Program-made: the position numbers and the translations under genes | In this document: one piece after another, positions 35,607 to 41,809 of the stretch | Layout: each line of letters starts with the position of its first letter | How positions within the stretch are numbered: the stretch's first letter is position 1 | The notes under the pieces: model-generated | Told to the model about the DNA's origin: nothing | The model's input: only the letters and a program-made list of their open reading frames with translations | Databases searched by the model: none | DNA from: Catajapyx aquilonaris | Taxonomy: Eukaryota | Direction: 5' to 3' | DNA length: 41,809 bases | Assembly: GCA_000934665.2 (NCBI GenBank) | Contig: KZ538893.1 | Location: 1-41,809, forward strand

Positions 35607-36558
35607 CTATCGGTCTCAATAATATTAGTTTCGGCCACTTTATCCTGTAGTCAGGACGTTAAGGGACTAAACTGTGCATTTGGTGAGGAGAGCATGAAAT
35701 TCGGTACAAAATTAATGTCCCTGAGACCATACTCTTCAAATTCAGATATGGCGCCATGCCCGGAGGCCCGTAATTTCGGGTTGGCTACCTTGAAGCGAAT
35801 GAAAAGTCTTTTTCTGACCGAACTATGCTTCTCAGGCGGAACAGGCCAAACAGAGGTTATTGTAGAGAAACATGTATTGAGTTTACAGAAAAGTACAAAG
35901 TACCTTTTCCACGTGTGGTCCGTATTTTCGGAGCTACAGCGACTTGAAAAAGACTTTTCACTCACTGAAGTGTAGCCAACCCGAAATTACGGGCCTCCGG
36001 GACGAAAACGGCCGTGGCGACATATCTGAATTTGAAGAGTATGGTCCCTAGGACATTCCTACCCAATTTCATGCTTTTATCACCAAAGTGCACGGTTGGT
36101 CCCTTTTTTCGTCCCTTAATTCCATGACTATGAGTTCAAGTCACTGTAGCTCTGAAAATAAGGACTGTAAGTGGAAAAGGTACTCCATACCTTTTGTAGA
36201 ATACATGCTTCTCTACAACATTTGTTTGGCACATATCCGCCAGAGAAGCATAGTTCGCTCAGAAGAAGACGTTTCACTCGCTTCAAGGTAGCCAACCCGC
36301 AATTACGGGCTTCCCGGGCCAAAACGGGCATGGCGCCATATCTGAATTTGAAGAGTATGGTCTGAGGGACCCTTGTACCAAATTTCATGCTCTCCTCACC
36401 AAATTCACAGTTGACACATTATTCGTCCCTTAACGTCCGGACTACTGGTATTGAAGCAACCCTTCGCACAGGCCCCACGGTGAGGAGGTGTGATGTGTGT
36501 GTGTGAAGGGTTGCTTCAAGACCAAGATAAAGTGGCCGAAACTAATTGAGACCGATAG
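35607..36558. mobile_element. Palindromic MITE family M, copy 3, split by a nested insertion
   Basis: Left part 35607-35647 (CTATCGGTCTCAAT...GGCCACTTTATCCTG) and right part 36445-36558 (CTGGTATTGAAGCAACCC...ATTGAGACCGATAG). Confidence 0.9.
35648..36444. mobile_element. Nested 797-bp non-autonomous DNA transposon with TAGT termini, ~300-bp inverted arms and a 3-bp CTG TSD
   Basis: TIRs TAGTCAGGACGTTAAGGGAC / GTCCCTTAACGTCCGGACTA. CTG is duplicated at 35645-35647 and 36445-36447 relative to the uninterrupted MITE copies. Arms at 35648-35948 and 36134-36444. Confidence 0.9.
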
Positions 36559-36572
36559 TTGGCCCTACATCC

Positions 36573-36713
36573 CTTTAAACGAGAGAATGGTCTGACCTCT
36601 CAACAGCCGTGTTTTCTGAGCATGCGCAGCGGATGTATTCGGGGACATGATAGGAGGGAAGAGCCGAGTGGAGGCGGGCTGAACGTGACGTCAGACCATT
36701 CTCTCGTTTAAAG
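36573..36713. mobile_element. Small MITE
   Basis: Perfect 24-bp inverted repeats CTTTAAACGAGAGAATGGTCTGAC (36573-36596 / 36690-36713), which extend imperfectly to flanking TA. Confidence 0.75.
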
Positions 36714-37494
36714 AACGTATCTCAGAAATTACTGTATGCAAGACATGACAACACCGCGACTTTTCAAGTCTCTATTAGCCCAAGTGATCACGTTTGGGTA
36801 GGGATGCTGCATAACTGTAGGCCCAAAATATAGGCTGGCAACTGCAGTCACAAAAGTGCTTATTTGAAACGGATGTAATGCATACGCCTAAATGTCACGT
36901 GCTTTGTAACGGGAACCCCCACTGGTTAGGCTCCGTCAACTGCCGGAATGAGGTCCTGCTCACGCAGATCACGTGCATTGTATTTATCCCGGCCACATGG
37001 GTATCGATCCAGCACGGTCTTTGCAATGCACATATCGCCATGAAAGTGTTGTGGTCCACGTGAGGCAGCTCGGCTGATCAGCAGGCAACATCTGCCTTCT
37101 GGTCGCAGTTTCTCTGTTCTGACCATTCGAGTAGCCGGTGGCCATCATTTCCAATAGTACACCTGGGACAGGAGGCTTCAATCGGCATAATGTCCTGCCA
37201 GTTCGCGGAAGTTGTACCCTTTTTGTTGGCCACAGCATGAGCAGTGAATAGGGCGACTGTCACCTCTCATTTGGCTACTGTTAATAGAAGCTAATCATAC
37301 ATGATGCGGAAAACAAGGATAAATTTTCAGGATGGGGAAGGCCTCCCAGCTCAGCAGTGTATGCAGGGTCTATTCTTGAACTGATCAATCTATGCGGTAG
37401 ATTTTCCAGGTGACTTACAGCATACTGTACAGTACAATATGTAACTCTATCGGAAAATATTTCTGCGAACTATTTTCTTCCAAGCTCCTGAGTA

Positions 37495-37880
37495 CCAGTC
37501 TCGTTCATAAAGAATGAGTACGACTTTATGGACGAAATGTTTATCCCGATTATCCAGCATTATTCCCAACCTTATTTCGATGAAGCCCTATAGACAACCT
37601 TTTCTGGACCTCTGGTGACTCGTATGACCCATCCCGATTTTTAAATAAAATTTTCAATTGCCAAAATGTTCATCCAGGTGCAACGCTTCGCTTACATAGA
37701 TTTGATGTGAATTTCCCCTCTGAAATTTTCCTACTTTGCTTTTTTCTATTTTTTATTTTATTGTGATTCCTTTTTCCCGGACTTCCTCATGACCCCTAAA
37801 AACATGCTGGATACCCACGGGCTGAGAACAGCATGAACATTTCGTCCATATAGAGTCGTACCATTCTTTATGAATGCTGG
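37495..37880. mobile_element. TA-flanked MITE
   Basis: Imperfect TIRs of about 50 bp: CCAG...TTCATAAAGAATGAGTACGACTTTATGGACGAAATGTT / AACATTTCGTCCATATAGAGTCGTACCATTCTTTATGAATGCTGG. Confidence 0.75.
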
Positions 37881-39336
37881 TAGGCCTACTGTACAGTATA
37901 AGTGACCGAAAACTCAAGGGACTTTTAAACAAAAAGCCATGCCGGTTACCTATTTTCAGCGAAAAACAATGGCGTTATGTCAGATGTATAGCATGCAATG
38001 ATACAGTTGTAGCAAGTTCTCAGATCCTCACGTCATTTTTCTCTTTTTTTCAGATTTTTTTTTGTTTTAGAATGGCTTAAGGCTATCTCCGATATTCTTT
38101 TGTACGTGAGATGCTGTAAACTATCCCAGCAAATTCCTTATATATTGTCTTTAATTGAAGGCAGCCCACGGTATTAAAGTTACACTCTCGCTTCTTTCAG
38201 AGAACCTCAAAAATTTGTTCCCTCAAAAATCTCATAGCGTAAAGGAAAATTCAATCTAGTTCATTCACCACACCCAGAGGTAACCAGCCACAACAGCAAA
38301 GTCAATGCAACACACCTTCCATCAAAAACGGGGATAAACCACTTGAATGTGCCATGGCTTCATAATTTATTCCTGCATTTTTAAATACCATCTAATTAGA
38401 GCAATGCATTTTGCCCAAAATTAAATACAAATTTCATTAACCTATGTGATGCCTGCCTAAAAGCCGCACAAAAGTTCGATGTAATTATGTTAAAACGCCA
38501 GAAGCACATTCATTAAGAGAGCACAAGAGGAATTCGAGAGAGTTTTTTTGAGCAAGATTACAGAGTTATAAAAATGCCAGAATTCCATACCAGCACCCAC
38601 AACACTTAATTTCAATGCTATATTGTATCAACTGTCGCTAAGGAATAGCTGAGGTAATGTCTGCAAATGCCAAAACAGTAATGACAAAATGGGAGCTAAT
38701 CAAATTCCTCCTATGCACAACTGAGGTATGAAAAGTCAGAAAGGCACGTACTGTACTGCATAAATTCTTCAGAGTCTTATCATTACAAAAATTACAGCAG
38801 GAGTCAACTAGGTCCAAGCCTCGGTTCTATAAAAGCATCAGGTTCTCAGAACAGTTTAGTGGACAGTATATTGCGTAATTCAAGAACTTGTCTGGTAACT
38901 TTTGCACCAGCAGGTTACATCTCAAGGGATCCCAGTGTCTTCTTTGGACCTGGAATCAGTGAGGTTTCTCCCAAAGATAGGCGCAAAGATCCATAATGAA
39001 CAGACTGAATGGCGTTTGATGGAGAAAGAGGTGTAGAAAATGAGGGAAGAAAAGATCTCAGGGAATCATTTGAATCACGTTCATTCGTGCCTGGATTTCA
39101 ATTGGTAGGGAGCAGCAATGTCCTATCCAATCCCACTGCACTCACATCCGACCCATTGTCATCTTCAAATGAAATCCTGGTGAAGCCGCTTCTGTGACAG
39201 CAAATTCATAGTCAGTAGCCTTCCATTCTAAGATAGGCTGTCACGTGCGTCTCTTTCCCTTCTGGCCTCTGCTGTCGACATATCCACAAGCACTTACCTG
39301 CGGATTCGGGGGTGTTTAAAGTACCGGTACCATATA

Positions 39337-39565
39337 CAGGGCGTTCCAAAAAATCTTGGGTCGTTTTTTTATAACTGTTATCGCCCGAAGTAGTAATTTT
39401 TATAACTTGTTGTATAGGCTACCCCTCACCAGGTGCCCCATTCTATAACAACTGCTATATTCGAACCCCTGGGGATCCTGGATCGAAGCACAACAAGCTA
39501 CACAAAAATAACTACTTCGGGTGATATCAGTTATAAAAAACGACCCACGAATTTGGAACACCCTG
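39337..39565. mobile_element. Tc1/mariner-type MITE
   Basis: Imperfect TIRs of about 65 bp starting TA-CAGGGCGTTCCAAA and ending TTTGGAACACCCTG. Confidence 0.85.
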
Positions 39566-40422
39566 GTATAATATTCAAACCTTCACAAAAATTTCTCTAA
39601 AAGAAGTCGACATTGAGAACCGAGAAGTACCGTAAATATTGCACGGTGGTTGTGAGCATTGCAGTATACCATTACAATAACACACATCCCCACAGGACTT
39701 CTTATACTAGAATAAGTTACCTCCTTCTCGTGAATAATCATGAGTTGCGAGATGTTACTATTCATGTGTCGTGTATTCCCAACTCCACAATAAAGATTTT
39801 GCTAATAATTACATGAAGGAATAACCCACTGCGGGCAATTGCATTTACATCGCATTAGTCTTGGACACCGTAGCTATTTGCAAAATTAATTACGCCCGTG
39901 ATTGTTTACATTACTCTGTGTACTGTACACTATACACACCATAAATATTCAAAAAGTGGTGTGTATCATGAGATGGTGTATATCTTGAAATTCGCGATAG
40001 CAGCTGGTTTATTCCCACACGACATGGTAGTACGCCGCGTATTGTAGGTAAGACTATAACATACGTACAGGGCCTACTTGCCGAATAATAGAGCAGTTGA
40101 ATAAACATTCAGCTTGTCTTCAAATTAAGCAGGATAATCCAGGCTTTCCAACTCCTGTAATGCCTGAACCAAAAGTTTCCTTATTTATTTCCTTTTCTGC
40201 ATTTTTTGGACAGCTGGACATCAGCATAAGTGATATTGTAGCCGACATATCAAATACCGGGATAACTCGTACATATCTAGCAAATAACACTTGTATACAA
40301 GTGTATAATTTGCTAGATATGTACGAGTTATACTCATCACTAAAACGGTGCACGTCTTTAAATTTAAAAAGACGCCCAATGATTATTATTCTAACCCACG
40401 TATAGAGGTAAAATGGGTAAAA

Positions 40423-40564
40423 TAGTCGGGTTCAACTAGTTCCGGCCAGTTTATCCTGGTCTTGAAGCAACCCTTCGCACAGGCCCCAGGGTGAGGAAGT
40501 GTGTGTGTGTGAAGGGTTGCTTCGAGATCAGGATAAAGTGGCCGGAACTAATTAAACCCGACTG
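40423..40564. mobile_element. Palindromic MITE family M, copy 4
   Basis: TAGTCGGGTTCAACTAGTTCCGGCCAGTTTATCCTGGTCTTGAAGCAACCCTTC...GAAGGGTTGCTTCGAGATCAGGATAAAGTGGCCGGAACTAATTAAACCCGACTG-TA. Confidence 0.9.
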
Positions 40565-40634
40565 TACAGTACGTACAATACATATCTGGGGTAGCCTGCT
40601 TCATGCTTTGTGCAGTGATGCACATATTGCGTAT

Positions 40635-41772
40635 TAGTCCGGGTGCTAAGGGGTTGAACTTTGCATTTTGTGACAAAAGTATGAAACTCGGTACACTTGT
40701 CCTTTGGACACTTCTGATCATATCTGGACGTGGAGCCACGATGACCCACCCCGGTGGTGGTCCATTTCGCAGGGTTTCCATAACTACCAGATGCAGCATC
40801 CTTTTAGGACCTTGTATTGGGTGACAAAAACATTAAACTCGCCACAATTGTTTCTTTGGACACTTCTGAACATGTCTGGATGTGGGCCCATGATGACTGA
40901 CCCCGCTGTGGGTCACTTGCAGGGTTGCCAGATGTAACGGACCAAACATACATCTCTGCGAGGATCATGTGAATTGGGAGCTTGCATTCGGTGATAAAAA
41001 CGTGAAACGCGGTACGGTAGTTCTTCGAACACATCTCAACATATCTGGACGTGGGGTCACGGTGGGTGACCCCTGGTGGCCTCGCCAGGGGTCACTATCG
41101 CGGAGTTCCCAAATCGAACATGTGTTGCACACCTTTACTTGGAAAAGGGCCTTGCATTCGGTGATAAAACACTGATAAAACATGAAACTCGCCCCAATTG
41201 GTCTTCGGACACTACTGAACATGTCTGTAAGTGAGGCCACTATGGATGACCCCGCTGGGGGTCACTCGCAGGGTTGCCAGATCTAATGGGCTCTCTAAGT
41301 AAACTATGTGAATAGGGAGCTTGCATTCGGTGACGAAGACGTGAAACTCGGTACAATATAGTTCTTTGCACACTTCCGAACATATCTGGGCGTGGGGACA
41401 CGATGACCCACCCCGGTGGAGGGCACTATCATGGTGTTGCCAAATCTAACAGACTGTGCAGCATGCGTTTATATTTGGATAGGGAGCTTGCATTTGGTGA
41501 CAAAGACGTGAAACTTGGTAGAATTGTTCTTTGGACACGTCCGAACATATCTGGACGTGGAGCCACGATGACCCACCCTGATGGAGGGCACTATTGCAGG
41601 GTTGCCATATCTAACAGAATGTGCAAAATGTGTTTATTTTTGAATAATGAGCTTGCATTCGGTGACAAAGCCATAAAACTTGGTATGTTAGTTCTCTGCA
41701 CACTTCCGAACGTATCTGGACGTGGGGCCACGATGACCCACCCCGAGGGAGGGCACTATCGCGGCGTTGCCG
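40635..41772. repeat. About 7 tandem units of 150-170 bp following a TAGT-type transposon end
   Basis: Unit CTTGCATTCGGTGACAAAGACGTGAAACTCGGTAC...GAACATATCTGGACGTGG...CACGATGACCCACCCC...AGGGTTGCC starts near 40660, 40811, 40981, 41151, 41320, 41487 and 41652. It is preceded by TAGTCCGGGTGCTAAGGGG at 40635. Confidence 0.9.
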
Positions 41773-41809
41773 TATATAGTCGGGGCAATCTAGGAATTCT
41801 CCATATGAA

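Noticed and set aside
35651..36388. Similar ORFs on both strands (MKFGT...) suggesting duplicated genes
   Set aside because: They are artefacts of the inverted arms of the nested element and contain no transposase motifs.
38800..39200. Mostly open minus-strand frame (SGFTRISFEDDNGSD...TLGSLEM)
   Set aside because: It is interrupted by several stops, the candidate splice phases do not join, and the family is unrecognised.
40660..41772. CRISPR-like or coding interpretation of the ~168-bp array
   Set aside because: Whole units are homologous and diverged, the ORFs are short and inconsistent between units, and the array follows a TE end.

Overview
Eukaryotic draft genomic DNA from an invertebrate metazoan, probably an arthropod, with short spliceosomal introns, a 40-N gap and many repeats. 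It contains the terminal exon of a mitochondrial glycerol-3-phosphate acyltransferase (GPAT1/mino-like, 8086-8258 +) and a complete 13-exon condensin I subunit Cap-G/NCAPG gene (9741-13863 +, about 902 aa). The most interesting feature lies directly upstream of Cap-G: a separate spliced 83-99 aa ORF (9348-9512 + 9610-9744) carrying an AF1q/C9orf40-type 'FNSYQFWRELLP' motif, whose TGA stop overlaps the Cap-G ATG (ATGA). This suggests a bicistronic or translationally coupled unit. It is preceded by a cell-cycle-type promoter and a 4x43-bp E-box/CCAAT tandem array. The other ~28 kb has no confidently identifiable host gene and is dominated by tRNA-derived SINEs with target-site duplications, palindromic MITEs (Tc1/mariner-, hAT- and Sola-like, one nested), decayed transposases, a 287-bp hairpin and a ~168-bp satellite built from transposon subterminal sequence. 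All family assignments come from manual reading and remembered motifs; no searches were run.
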